NCBI RefSeq assembly: GCF_006345805.1
Contig: NC_042998.1
Span: 93,124,001 to 93,188,000 of the forward strand
Length of the DNA: 64,000 nucleotides
From: Octopus sinensis
Lineage: Eukaryota
Direction: 5' to 3'
Shown: piece by piece, positions 23,073-35,849 of the stretch
How positions within the stretch are numbered: position 1 is the first letter of the stretch
Layout: each line of letters starts with the position of its first letter
Made by a program: the position numbers and the translations under genes
Notes under the pieces: generated by a model
What the model was told of the DNA's origin: nothing
Databases searched by the model: none
What the model saw: only the letters and a program-made list of their open reading frames with translations

Positions 23073-25906
23073 ATCATCATCATCGTTTAACGTCCGTTCT
23101 CCATGCTAGCATGGGTTGGACGGTTCGACCGGGGATCTGGGAAGCCAGAAGGCTGCACCAGGCTCCAGTCTTATCTGGCAGTGTTTCTACAGCTGGATGC
23201 CCTTCCTAACACCTAGCACTCCGTGAGTGTAGTGGGTGCTTTTTACGTGCCACCTGCACAGGTGCCAGGTGAGGCTGTCAACGGCCACAGTTGGATTGGT
23301 GCATTTTACGTGCCACTGGCATGGAAGCCAATCGAGGAGGCACTGGCATCGGCCATGATTCAGATGGTGCTTTTTATGTGCCACCGGCACGGAAGCCAGT
23401 CGAGGTGGCACTGGCATTGGCCACGATTCGGATAGTGCTTTTTACGTACCACCAGTCCAGGGGTCCTGGCATCTGCCGGGTGCCAGTCATAGGATTGGTT
23501 CAATTTCGACTCCGATTTCGATTTCACATGCCCCAACAGGTCTTCGCAAGCAGAGAAGGGGGGTTGGCATGGGTGCCTGTCGTCGGATGAGGTTCGATTT
23601 CGACTTCGCTTGCCTCAACAGGTCTTTGTGTGTCCAAGGGAGGAAAGGCATGCATAAGTGGGCTGGACTCACTTGTCCTGCCTGGTCTTCTCACGCACAG
23701 CATATTTCCAAAGGTCTCAGTCGCTGGTCATTTCCTCAGTGAGGCCTAAAGTTCGAAGGTCGTGCTTCACCACCTCGTCCCAGGTTTTCCTGGGTCTACC
23801 TCTTCCACGGGTTCCCTCAACTGCTAGGGATTGGCACTTTTTCACACACCTATCTTCATCCATTCTCGCCACATGACCATACCAGTGCAATCGTCTCTCT
23901 TGCACACCACAACTGATGCTTCTTAGGTCCAACATTTCTCTCAAGGTACTAACGCTCTGTCGAGTATGTACACTGACATTACACATCCATCGGAGCATAC
24001 TGGCTTCATTCCTCGCGAGCTTACGCATGTCCTCAGCAGTCACAGCCCATGTTTCACTGCCATGTAGCATGGCTGTTCGTACACATGCATCATACAGTCT
24101 ACCTTTTACTCTGAGTGAGAGGCCTTTAGCCACCAGCAGAGGTAAGAGCTCCCTGAACTTTGTCCAGGCTATTCTTACTCTAGCAGTTACACTTTCAGCA
24201 CACCCACCCCCACTGCTGACTTGGTCACCTAGATAACGGAAGCTATCAACTACTTCTAGTTTTTCCCCCTGGAAAGTGACGGAAGTTGTTTTCTGCAGAT
24301 TTTCAGAGTTTATTGCTCCTGAGCATCTGCCACATACAAAAACTATCTTCCCAGTTAGCCTACCTTTGACATTGCTGCACCTCTTATGTGTCCATAGCTT
24401 ACACTGGGTACATCTTATAGAGTTTCTACCTACACCTTTTCTACAGATCGAGCAGGGCCATCTTCCTGAAGACATTTGTGGTTTGTCTACCTTCCTACTT
24501 ATTAGTACTTTGGTTTTAGCTAGGTTGACTCTAAGGCCCCTCGATTCTAATCCCTCCTTCCACACCTGGAACTTCTCCAGTTCTGATAGTGACTCAGCAA
24601 TTAGAGCAAGGTCGTCAGCATAGAGGAGCACCCAGGGGCAACCTCTCTTGAATTCCTCTGTAATTGCCTGGAGGACTATGATAAATAGGAAGGGGCTGAG
24701 GACTGAACCCTGGTGGACCCCAACCTCTACCTTGAATTCTTCTGTGTACATGTTGCCAACCCTAACCTTAATTATGGCATCCCTGTACATGGCTTGCACA
24801 GCTCTCACCAGTCATTTATCTATCCCTAGTTTCCTCATTGACCACCAGATAAGGGATCGGGGGACCCTGTCAAAGGCTTTCTCCATGTCAACGAAAGCCA
24901 GGTACAGGGGCTTATCTTTGGCTAGGTATTTCTCCTGCAGCTGTCTCACCAGAAATATAGCATCAGTGGTGCTTTTCCCCTGCATGAAACCAAACTGCAT
25001 CTCGTCCAAGTTGACTCTCTCCCTAATCAGTTGGGCTATGACCCTCTCCGTAACCTTCATTACCTGATCCAACAGCTTGATGCCTCTGTAATTATTTGTA
25101 TCTAGGGCGTCTCCTTTACCTTTGTAGCAGTTGACTATTATGCTGCTACACCAGTCATTGGGTATGACTCCTTCGTGTATCACCTGGTTAACTATACGGG
25201 TGACTAGGTTATATACGACACTGCCAGATATTTTGAGCATCTCTGCAGTAATTTCTGATGGGCCTGGGGCTTTCCCTGTCTTCATGCTTCTAATTGCCTT
25301 AACTACCAAAGAATTGTCAACTCAGATGGCTGGTCCCTCTGTTGGGTTGACATTCGGCAGACTCTCTTTATCCCATTCATTTTCTTTACTCAGCAACCTT
25401 TCATAGTGGCATCTCCAGACCTCTTTCTTTGCATCCTCATTTAGCGCAAGTGAACCATCATCCATGCGGACACATTTCTCTCCTACCACATCACGATTCT
25501 CTCTCACACACTGTCTTGCAACACGAAATACCTCAAGTCTTTGGTCCTCACGGCACAGAACATTGGCAAATTTTTTCTTATCTGCTTCCCCTCTGGCTAA
25601 ATAAACCTGTCTCCTAGCTTCCCTTCTGGCAGTTTGATACAATTCCCTGCTACCACCGTTCTTCCAGTCCCTCCAAGCCTGTTTCTTTTGTCTAATAGCC
25701 CTGTCAACCACATTGTTCCACCACCACGTTACTCTGGGTCGAGATGGGACTTTGCTCCATCCACAGATCTGGTCAATGGCTGTCAGCAGATTGTTCTGTA
25801 GAAATCTCCAGTTGTCTTCCACATTAAGTGAAGCTATATCCCCTTCTATTTCGTCAAAGGCTTCGAGTAGTATGTCTCTAAATCTCTGTCCATTTGCAGG
25901 ATCTTT
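23073..25906 (-). mobile_element. Young RTE-clade LINE, 5'-truncated, two premature stops
   Basis: In-frame ORFs 25322-25822, 24812-25309 and 23717-24808, separated only by TGA codons; NYRGIKLL, QFGFM, FVDMEKAFDRVP, GVHQGSVLSP, LYADD, FRYLG, RRLHWYGHV; about 640-bp 3' UTR and (GAT)n tail. Confidence 0.95.
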
Positions 25907-26058
25907 ATATATTCTGTAAAGTGGTTGGGGTTAGAAAGGACATCCAGTCATAGAAACCATGTCAAAATAGACAATTGAAGCCTGGTGCAACTCTCCAGCT
26001 GGTCAGCTCCTGTCAAATTGTCTAACCTGTACCAGCATGGAAAGTGGGCATTAAATGA

Positions 26059-26089
<31 letters not shown>

Positions 26090-26105
26090 GATGATGATGA
26101 TGATG

Positions 26106-26107
<2 letters not shown>
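25907..26107 (+). mobile_element. Old RTE LINE 3' tail, right part, with (GAT)n
   Basis: AGTGGTTGGGGTTAGAAAGGACATCCAG...CCAGCATGGAAAGTGGGCATTAAATGATGATGAT. Confidence 0.7.
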
Positions 26108-26150
<43 letters not shown>

Positions 26151-26351
26151 TCCTGTCACAACCTGGGTCCTTGAAGACTGCTTTATACTAGTCCCTTAAT
26201 ATTTTATATTCAATATTTCATCTATTCAGTAAGACAATCAATACTTCATTTCATTTTACTATATATATTATTTATAATATATATTCTATATTCTACATTA
26301 ATATTATAAAGAATATAAATAAAACATAAAAACAGAGTTGGAATTTCTTTG

Positions 26352-26419
<68 letters not shown>

Positions 26420-26789
26420 ACTGCTTTCATTTCCAATAGAGATTTTTTTATGAGCTAGTTTGCTACTTGCAAAACCAATGGCTCTGTGACACTGTTTTTC
26501 TATATATTGCATGCTTTTTTTCTATATATTGCAGATTTTTTCTATAAAGTGTTTTGTCTAGCAGACAAATATCCATCACTGAGGTTGACCAAAAATGAGG
26601 TTGAAACCATATGGTCTGGTGGTCTCCAATCTAGAATAATAGGGAGTTCTCTCCCTGCTTACACTATATATTGAGTGTGAAGTGCACTAAATAACCTGCA
26701 GGAGGAGGAATCCTCCTGGGGTTAAAATAATAGTATCATCTCTTCTTATAAAACACCCATGTGTATGTGACGGCAAACATTGCTATATA

Positions 26790-26839
26790 TATGTGTGTAT
26801 GTGTGTGTGTGTGTGTGTGTCTATGTGTGTGTATATATG

Positions 26840-26871
<32 letters not shown>

Positions 26872-26949
26872 ATATATATATATACACATACATGTGTGTG
26901 TGCATATATATATAATATATATAAATATGTATATATATTATATATATAT

Positions 26950-26980
<31 letters not shown>

Positions 26981-27033
26981 TTATACATATATACATATAT
27001 ACATATATACATACATATATACATATATATATG

Positions 27034-27065
<32 letters not shown>

Positions 27066-27085
27066 ATTATAATATAATATAAATA
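26790..27085. repeat. Long (TG)/(TA)/(TACA) compound microsatellite
   Basis: Directly visible. Confidence 0.95.
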
Positions 27086-27360
27086 TGTGTTGCAAGATTA
27101 CTAATATGAAGTCATGTGTTGAAATAGATATTGTATTTCGGGATGGTCATTTTTTTTTTTTTTTTTTGCCAAACAAACATATGCACTATATATTTGCTCT
27201 TCACTCATTTATTACTGTTCTCATTCTAACTTATGTCCATTGTCTGGACATGAGGTAGAATAAGAACAGTAATAAATGAGTGAAGAATGAACATATAGTG
27301 TGTTTTTTTTTTTAAAAGAAATACCATTCTGAAATACAACATATATATATATACATATAC

Positions 27361-27758
27361 TCTTTACTCTTTTACTTGTTTCAATCATTTGACTGTGGCC
27401 ATGCTGGAGCACCATCTTTAGTTGTGGAAATCGACCCCAGGACTTCTTCATTGTAAGCCTAGTACTTATTCTATCAGTCTCTTTTGCTGAAGCAGAAAGT
27501 TATGGGGACTTAAACACACCAGTAGCAGTTGTCAAACGATGTTGAGGTGGGGGGACAAACACAGACACACACATATATATACATATATACAACGAGCTTC
27601 TTTCAGTTTTCATCTACCAAATCCACTCACAAAGCTTTGGTCAACCCGAAGCTATAGGGCTATAGTAGAAGACACTTGCCACAGGTGCCACACAGTGGGA
27701 CTGAACCCGGAACCATGTGGTTGGTAAGCAAGCTACTTTCCACACAGCCACTCCTGCA
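27361..27758 (-). mobile_element. SINE family B (tRNA head + CORE-like domain), full length
   Basis: Reverse complement of 45186-45590. Confidence 0.8.
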
Positions 27759-29539
27759 CTTATATATATATATATATATATATGATGGACTCTCGTGTAG
27801 TTTCTGTCTACCAAATTTACTCACAAGTTTTTGGTTAGCCTGGGGCTATAGTAGAAGATACTTCCCTATTTGTTCAAGGTGCTGTGTAGTTGGACTGGAC
27901 GCAAAACTACATTGTGGCAAAGCAAGGTTCTTAACTACACAAAGTGGGCCTAACTATACTGCTAAACTCATAGAATTAGCATGTAAGTGACTGAGTATTC
28001 CACAGACAATTCAACGCTATTTGCTCATTTAACCAGTCCTTCTCAGTTATCCCACAATCCCGAATTCTTATATTGAAAAGTTTTGCCACACAATCTTCTC
28101 TAGAAATACAATTTTCTGGATTCTGTCCCTGCTTGTGGTTACCTTAATGTTCACAAACAAAGTTCCAAACAGAGCATCAATTGCTCTGCACTTTCTAGAG
28201 GAGCCTACAAATGCCATGTGCATTGCTAGTTCTTTTTGATGCATTTTAAAAGACAAAGAGGAGCACTTATGAAGCAAAAATCCAAGAACTACTCAGATAG
28301 CTCTCTAAAGATGGTAAGCTAGTTTCTGATACTTTGGGATTTCATTGTTATTGAATGAGGGATGTTAAAGAAAATATGTTATCTTAAGTAAGGAAGAAGC
28401 TCAATATGCTGTTACTTGTTTAGGTAACAAATTATTTACCCTAAAGTCAAACTACATGAATCACTTGTAATAATATAGTAATAAAGTATGATATTACATA
28501 GTTATGAAACAATAATATTTCCTTCAACTATTAGAACAAAGCCTGAAATTTTGGGGAAGGAGCCCAATTGATTTTATCAACCTCAGTGCTGAACAGGTAC
28601 TTATTTCATTGACCATGAAAGGATTAAAATCCAAATTGATCTTGGTGGAATTTGAACTCAGAACATAAAGATGTTCTAATGAATCTGCCAGTCATCTGTC
28701 TTGTTGGTTGGTTCATTCATTTAATGTCTCTTTTCATATTGGCATGTGTTGGGCGGTGTGACTGAGGATGGCAAGCCAGGAGTCTACACCAGGCTCCAGT
28801 CTGATCTGGTAAGGTTTCTACAAATGGATGCCCTTCCTAATGCCAACCACTCCGAGAGTGTAGCAGGTGCTTTTTATGTGCCACTGGCACAGATTTCAGT
28901 CAAGCGGCACTGGCATCAACCATGCTCAAATGGTGCTTTAATACTGAATGTGAGTAACATTAAAACAGGTGAGAGCTAATTTGTGCACATTAACATTGGA
29001 TATGAAATATAACTTATCTTACAGATGAAAAAGTGAAGAAATGTGAAAATAGGTAAATATGTACGTTGGAGATACAAATGCTTTGGTATGGACATGAGAT
29101 GAGTTCTGGGTGATAAAGTGGTATCTGTTGACAATCGAAAGTATCTGTCATAGAGTAAGACCTAGGAAGAAGAGTAAGACCTAGAAAGATCTCAGAACCA
29201 AGGGCTGCATGAAGGAACTGAAAATGTTGGTCAAGATCTATTTTTTTAAAATTAAATTGATTACAAACCAAAGAGGCTGTTTCAATATCTATTGCTTTGC
29301 AGACAGTTAAATAATAAGAATGTAAATATAAATTGTCTGTCCATTTAAAATGCTACCTTTAAGATGAAATATATTCAGACTAAATGCAAAGTGTCTTTAT
29401 GGGAATTAGAAAGTTATTAACTTTACATCTATTTTTGTATTCAGAAAAATGATATTTTAAATGATTTTTCAATTCAGTAAATTATTGACATTTGGGTTGT
29501 TTTTCTTAAGGAAGACTTAATAAATATTTAAACCTCGGG

Positions 29540-30435
29540 AAGACAAAGGTGATGGTGAGTGGGGTGGAGAGAGAAGTGTTAGTGAGTAAGGTGGATCCAT
29601 GTGGTGTATGTGAGAGAAGGGTAATGGCAAATGCAATGTTGTGTATGAGATGAGAGAAATGGATTCATGGTAGATGTATGCAAATGAAAAAGGTGACCCT
29701 AAGTCTGATGGGAGAGTTTGTTTGTGGAAGAAGTGAGAAAGGAGCTGGAGGGCTGGCAGAACTAGTGAGAACACTATGTGATGAGGTGGAAACGGTGAGA
29801 GGGTTTTGTTATTTAGGAGATAGGGTGGATATAAGTGGTGGATGTGAAGTAGTTGAGACAGCAAGCATGAGACTTGGCTGGGTGAAGTTCAGGGAATGTG
29901 GAGTGTTGTTATATGGAAAAAGGTTCTCTTTAAATATGAAAGGAAGGTCTATAAGAGTTGTGTGAGAGCTGCAATGCTGTATGGGAGTGAGACATGGTGT
30001 CTGAGGGAGAGAGAGAGATGTTAATTTTGAGAAGGACTGAGAGAGAGCAATGGTGTGAGAAATGTGTGAGGTGAAGCTGTTTGATAAGAGGAGGACTGAG
30101 GAACTGATGAGAAATCTGGGGTTGGAGGAACCCGTGGAATGGTTGGCAAAGGCGAATGGAGTGAGGTGGTATGGCATTGTTTTAAGGTGGGATGAAGGGC
30201 ATGTTCTGAAGAGGGTGATTGTGTTTGAGGTAAATGGACCGCAAAAGCGAGGTAAAATGAGAAGGTGAAGGGGACAGGTGGTAGGGTTGGTTTGAAAAAG
30301 GAGGACACCCAAAACTGGACAAGATAGTGAGATGGTGTGAGGGCAGTTGCTATGGCATTGAGATAAATCCGGCTACCCCCATTAATAGGCACAAAACCTG
30401 GATTTAAAACACTGGATGATGATGATAATGATGTT
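29540..30435 (+). mobile_element. Decayed RTE LINE 3' fragment, G/A-rich subfamily
   Basis: ORFs 29678-29965 (EFVCGRS...VRGFCYLGDRV..SGGCE...RLGWVKFREC) and 30062-30268 (VRWYGIVLR); GAT tail. Confidence 0.8.
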
Positions 30436-30682
30436 TAAGTAAAATTGTATTTAAAAAATATCAGACTCAGTATTTGCATTGTGTAATATTTACATTTACG
30501 TAGATGACTTCTTCATAAGTAATGTTCCTCGTGAAGATACTGTTTTCTTTCATCCTTACAATGCATTTCTCTGGATGATTTCAAGTAGACTTAGCTGCTA
30601 TTACTAACAGGTCAAGCAACCACATAAAGCCACTTAATTTGTGTGTGTGTGTGTACATGTTTTTGTATATGTATCTGTATGC

Positions 30683-33024
30683 CAGTGTGTCTTCGCACCT
30701 CCCCCCCTTCCACGGACCCCCCCCCCACCGTGACCTTCCTACGCCTAAGCCATCTTCACCCAACCACCCCTACCCTCCCCTTCACACCCCTGCACTCCCT
30801 CTGCCTGCCCCTAGTCCTCCCACCACCCCGCTTCCTCGCGCTGTTGTCACTATACCCCCCAACCTCCCCCTCTCCGCCGCCGAGCGCTCTCTCCTCAGTA
30901 AGGGTCTCCGCTTCACGTCACTCACGCGCCACTGTGATGAGTTCGAGACTCGGGCGGACGTCAACCTGTTCCTGCGCTGCCTCAAACTTTGCGCATACTA
31001 CCACGCGTCCCCGCAGCGTCACAACAATCAGGATTGCCTTTTGGAGCTGGGGCGTCGTCCATCCATCTGGACGCCGCCCCCAGGCCTTTTCAGTAGCCTA
31101 GATTCGTTTGTACATGACTGCAACGCTTTGGTCCACCGTTTCAACTTTGAACCAAGACCCCGCCGAGCCAACCTCACTCAGGCCGAATCCATTGCCCTTC
31201 GCCATCTCCGCCGACGTAATGACATTGTCATCAAACCGGCGGACAAAGGCGGGGCAGTGGTAGTGTGGCGCGCGGACCTATACAGGGAGGAAGCGCTCAA
31301 CCAGCTTCGAAATCCCCTCTTCTATCGCCTCTTCCCCTCCGATCCCACCTCCTCCTACCAACAGCGAGTGTCCTCCACCATCCGCGACCTCATCTCCTCC
31401 TCCGCTCTCCCCTCCACCGCCACCAACCTCATCGTCCGCACACCCCGCACCTCCAACATCTACTTCCTTCCCAAGATCCATAAACCCTCTAATCCTGGCC
31501 GTCCCATAGTTTCTGCCTGTAATTGCCCCACTGAACTCATCTCCCTATACCTCGACCGCATCCTGTCCCCCTTAGCCGCAGCCCTCCCATCCCACATACA
31601 CGACACCAACCACGCCCTCCGTCTCTTCAATTCCTTTTCCTTCCCTTCCAGCCCCTCACACCTCCTCTTCACATTAGATGTAAAATCCCTGTACACAGTG
31701 ATTCCCCACAATGACGGTCTCCTAGCCCTCCAACACTTCCTCGACCGTCGTCCCGACCCCACCCCTAGCACCCCCACCCTTCTCCGCTTGGCTGAGCTCG
31801 TCCTCACCCTCAATTGCTTCACGTTCGCCGGGGAAACGTACCAACAGATGTCCGGGGTCGCGATGGGAACTAGGATGGGCCCCAATTTCGCCAATCTCTT
31901 TCTTGGCTACACTGAGGCCCAAGTGTTCTCCCAGTTCTCTGGGCCGACCCCCGAACTATACGGTCGCTATATCGACGACTGCATAGGTGCCACCTCCCTT
32001 TCCCGTGAACTTCTCTGCCAATTCATCTCTTTCCTTTCCAACTTTCACCCCTCTCTTCAATTCACCTCCACCATCTCCAACACCTCTGTCAACTTCCTTG
32101 ACATCTCTCTCCGCATCGATCACCCCTCCAACTCTCTCACCACCACCGCCTTCTTTAACCTACGGATTCCCACCTCTATCTCAACTTCTCTTCTTCCCAC
32201 CCCTTCCACACCAAACGAGCCATCCCCTACTCCCAGTTCTCCGCCTCCGACGTTTGTGCAGCCGCGACCAGGATTTCGAGACCCAATCTCAATACCTGGC
32301 CCGCATGTTCAGACTCCGAGGTTACCCACCCATACTCCTCTCTGATGCCCTCACCCGCGCCCGTCGCATCGACCGCACCCACGCCCTGTCTCCTTCCCCG
32401 CCCACCCCCCAACCGCACCCCCTTCCCCCTCCTTTCCCATCCCTCTACCCTACCCCTTCGTCGCAAGATACTACGTGCCTTCCGTCGCCTCCAGCTTGAT
32501 CCCACCACCCGCCCCATTTTCCCTAACCCACCCCTGTCCTCCTTCAAACGAGCCCGCAATCTGCGTGACCTCCTGGTCCACAGCACCCTCTCTCCTTCCC
32601 CCTCAGCTCCACACGGATCATTCCCTTGCTCTAGATCCCGCTGCAACACTTGCCCCTTCATCACCAACACCACCGCTGTCACCGGCTCCAACGGCATACT
32701 GTACGCATAGGCACTCTTTTACGTGCACCTCGTCTGGTCTTATTTACTGCATTAAATGCAACCTATGCAGGATGCTGTATGTAGGACAGACGGGACGCCG
32801 GTTGTCCGACCGATTACAGAACATTGAGGGACGTTCGCCTACACTCTTTTTCTCCCGTCGCACGCCACTTCCGCTCGGCCGGCCATTCCCTAGATGACAT
32901 CTCAGTGTTTGGTCTCGCCCCCCACAATGGTCGCCCACTTTCCAGGCTCCACTTGGAGCAACGCTACATCTTCACCCTACAAACTACTACCCCACACGGA
33001 CTTAACACAGCACCCTCCTCTTGA
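30683..33024 (+). CDS. PLE RT + GIY-YIG polyprotein (frameshifted in this sequence)
   Basis: LLSKGLRFT, IVIKPADKGGAVVVW, YFLPKIHKP..PGRPIVS, TLDVKSLYT, GVAMGTRMGP, RYIDD, NFLDI, LRLRRLCS, CSRSRCNTC linker, LIYCIKCNLCRMLYVGQT, VARHF, LEQRYIFTLQT..PHGLN. Confidence 0.9.
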
Positions 33025-33059
33025 GGTCCTCTTCTTCTTCCTTTTTTTGTTTCCCGGAT

Positions 33060-34490
33060 ACACCACCCACACACACACACCTACCTACCTCCCACACGCC
33101 TGTTCACACACACACATACGTAGACACATCTACGTACATACATTCACACATTTAATCACACACACTTATAGACATACATGCACACACTAACATACAAACC
33201 AACATGCACATACACACACACATACACACATACATACACACATACATACGCACATACATACACACACACTCACACACACACACCGCACGTACATACTTCA
33301 CACACACACACATGCACACATACAGACACACACCCATACATACATACATCTACACACACACGCCTACACACATACATACACACATACATAAACACACACA
33401 CATACACATACACACACATACGCACACACACATATACTTATACACATGCACACACACACACATACATACATACACCCATACACATACACACACACATACC
33501 TACATACTCCTATACGCACATACATACACACAGACATACACACATACACACTCACACAAACATACACACACACATACTTACACACACTCGCCTGCACGCG
33601 CACACACATGCATGACAAACCCTCATACACTCACACTCACATACGCACACACCACATAAAACACGCACACGACACACACACACCTACACTCCCACACACA
33701 TACATACGCACCTACATACACACACGCACGCATACACACGCACACACACGCAATACACACATAGATTACACAGTACACACACACACCTACATACACATGC
33801 ATACACACACACACAAACATGCACGGACACACCCAGACATACATACATACACCTATACACACACGCCCACACACCTACATACACACACATACATACACAC
33901 ACATACACGGACACACCCAGACATACTTACATACATACACCTATACACACACGCCTACACACCTACATACACACACATGCATACACACACACACATGTAC
34001 GCACATACACACACATATACGCACATACATATATACCCACAACATGCACACACACATACGCACGCACATGCATGCATGCACACGCGCACACCTACACGCA
34101 TACATGCATACATGCATACACACACACACGCACGTATACTACATACATCATACACACACACATACATACACCCATACACATACATGCATCCTACACACAC
34201 ATACATATACACTCACACATACATACACACACACACTCACTCACACACCTGTATGTACGCGCACACACATGCACATACACACACTTCCACACACCCACAC
34301 GTACATCCATACACACTCATACACATACACACACACACACACACACGGACATACATCTATGCACACACATATATACACACATACTTACATACATTCATCG
34401 GACACACTGACACCCAGACATACACACAGACACACTCACACATCCAAACACATACATACTTACACACACACTCGCAGGCGCGCGCACACT
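33060..34490. repeat. About 1.4-kb degenerate (CA)/(ACAT) minisatellite-like tract
   Basis: Directly visible; contains an internal duplication (CACGGACACACCCAGACATAC at about 33820 and 33905). Confidence 0.95.
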
Positions 34491-35099
34491 CGCGCTTGCG
34501 CCGGTTCGCGCACGCATACGCGCATGCATGCACCTCGCTCTTGGACCCGACGAGACCTCCCGCTCGTTCCTGGGGCCGTCGCCTGTCGTTGGGTTCTCCC
34601 ACGCCCGTCTCCGCGGGACCACTCTTCCATCTCCCCCTCAGCTGGAGTCCTTTTTCCTTATAACAAATATATACATATCACATACATACATACATATAAT
34701 ATATATATATACATATTCTAATATTATTATATATATATAAATAATTTATATATAGAGGGCATATGCCCCCTCTATATATAAATTAATATGTTCAATAAGA
34801 AATAATTATTTTCGAAATTTTTCTCTTATGAGGTTTTTACGCTATCTACCTGACAATTTCTTGTTAATTTCCTTATTAAGTAGTTGTCCTTATTTGCAAA
34901 TTTAATATATATATATATATTATATATATATATATATATATATCTATATATATATATATTATAATATATATAATATGTTATATATATATTATATGTATGT
35001 ATGTATTTGTATATGTATATATTTGTATGTATATATATATACGTATATATATATATACATATAGATAGATACATACATATGTATACATTATATATATAA

Positions 35100-35228
35100 T
35101 TTTAATCCAAACGGGAAAACAGAAAAAACAACAACACGTGGAACAATTACAGTATTATTATTAATAAGCGCTCAGGAAAGATGGAAGCAGGAAGGTATGA
35201 CGTTTCGAGCGGAGCTCTTCGTCGGAAT
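35100..35228 (-). repeat. PLE pLTR-like remnant beginning with a hammerhead-like motif
   Basis: Minus strand CCGACGA A GAGC-UCC-GCUC GAAA CG UC followed by a T-rich tail; downstream part resembles 7106-7185. Confidence 0.55.
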
Positions 35229-35247
35229 GGAGAAGATAATATGTTAA

Positions 35248-35595
35248 GGAATGGAGAAGATAATATCAGGGCTACATATGTTTCATAGCGAGTAGAACCT
35301 CAGAAGTGGTAAATATCTAAGTGAGGTGTATACTGTAGGCTACTCTTCAGGCCAAGGATATATTGATTAAATGAAAGTATACACTGTTGCAAGGAGGTAC
35401 ATGTTAACACATTGAAGATTTAATCTCCCATGTGTTAACATGTACCTGCTTGCGACAACGTAAACCTTCATTTAATCATAATATCCTTTGGCCTGACAAG
35501 TAGCCTGCGGTACACACCTCGATTGGATTTTTACCACTTCTGAAGTTCCACTCACTATGAAACATATGTAACCCAGATCTTATCTACTCTATTCC
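35248..35595. mobile_element. 348-bp foldback MITE flanked by TTAA (Kolobok-like)
   Basis: Two arms of about 170 bp are reverse complements along their whole length; TTAA at 35244-35247 and 35596-35599; GG...CC termini. Confidence 0.7.
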
Positions 35596-35849
35596 TTAAC
35601 CCATGTATTCTTATTTGCATATCTGGTAACCGTGGTTACCTATCATAAAATATAAAAAGAACTTTTTTCAGTTCATCGTACTTTGATACGAAAAAGTCCA
35701 CAATGTTATATATATATATATATATATAAAGTAACAGTTTTAGAAAAAAAACATTTGTTTCATATCTAGCGTGAACTAGACATATCTTCAGTTTCTCTAA
35801 ACAATAAAACTGTTCTCTGGAAAGAATGTTTTTAAAAATACAAGAACGC

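Larger units (their letters stand above)
30683..34660 (+). mobile_element. Penelope-like retroelement 2 (Neptune-type), C-rich, frameshifted; 3' boundary uncertain
   Basis: Coding region 30683-33024 spread over ORFs 30639-32345, 31987-32499, 32345-32710, 32475-32897 and 32824-33024; followed by a CA-rich tract and a CpG-rich tail. Confidence 0.85.

Noticed and set aside
28230-28320. Open frame ending at a good donor ATG|GTAAGC
   Set aside because: An isolated 28-codon stretch with a weak acceptor and no recognisable product; cannot support a gene call.
34570-34625. Possible HDV-like ribozyme in the GC-rich tail
   Set aside because: No P1 partner for GGGGCC and no nested double pseudoknot could be drawn.
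33178-34740. Long His/Thr-rich and Cys/Val-rich ORFs (e.g. 33446-34663, 405 aa)
   Set aside because: These are translations of (CA)n/(ACAT)n, which lack stop codons in several frames; no domain signal.
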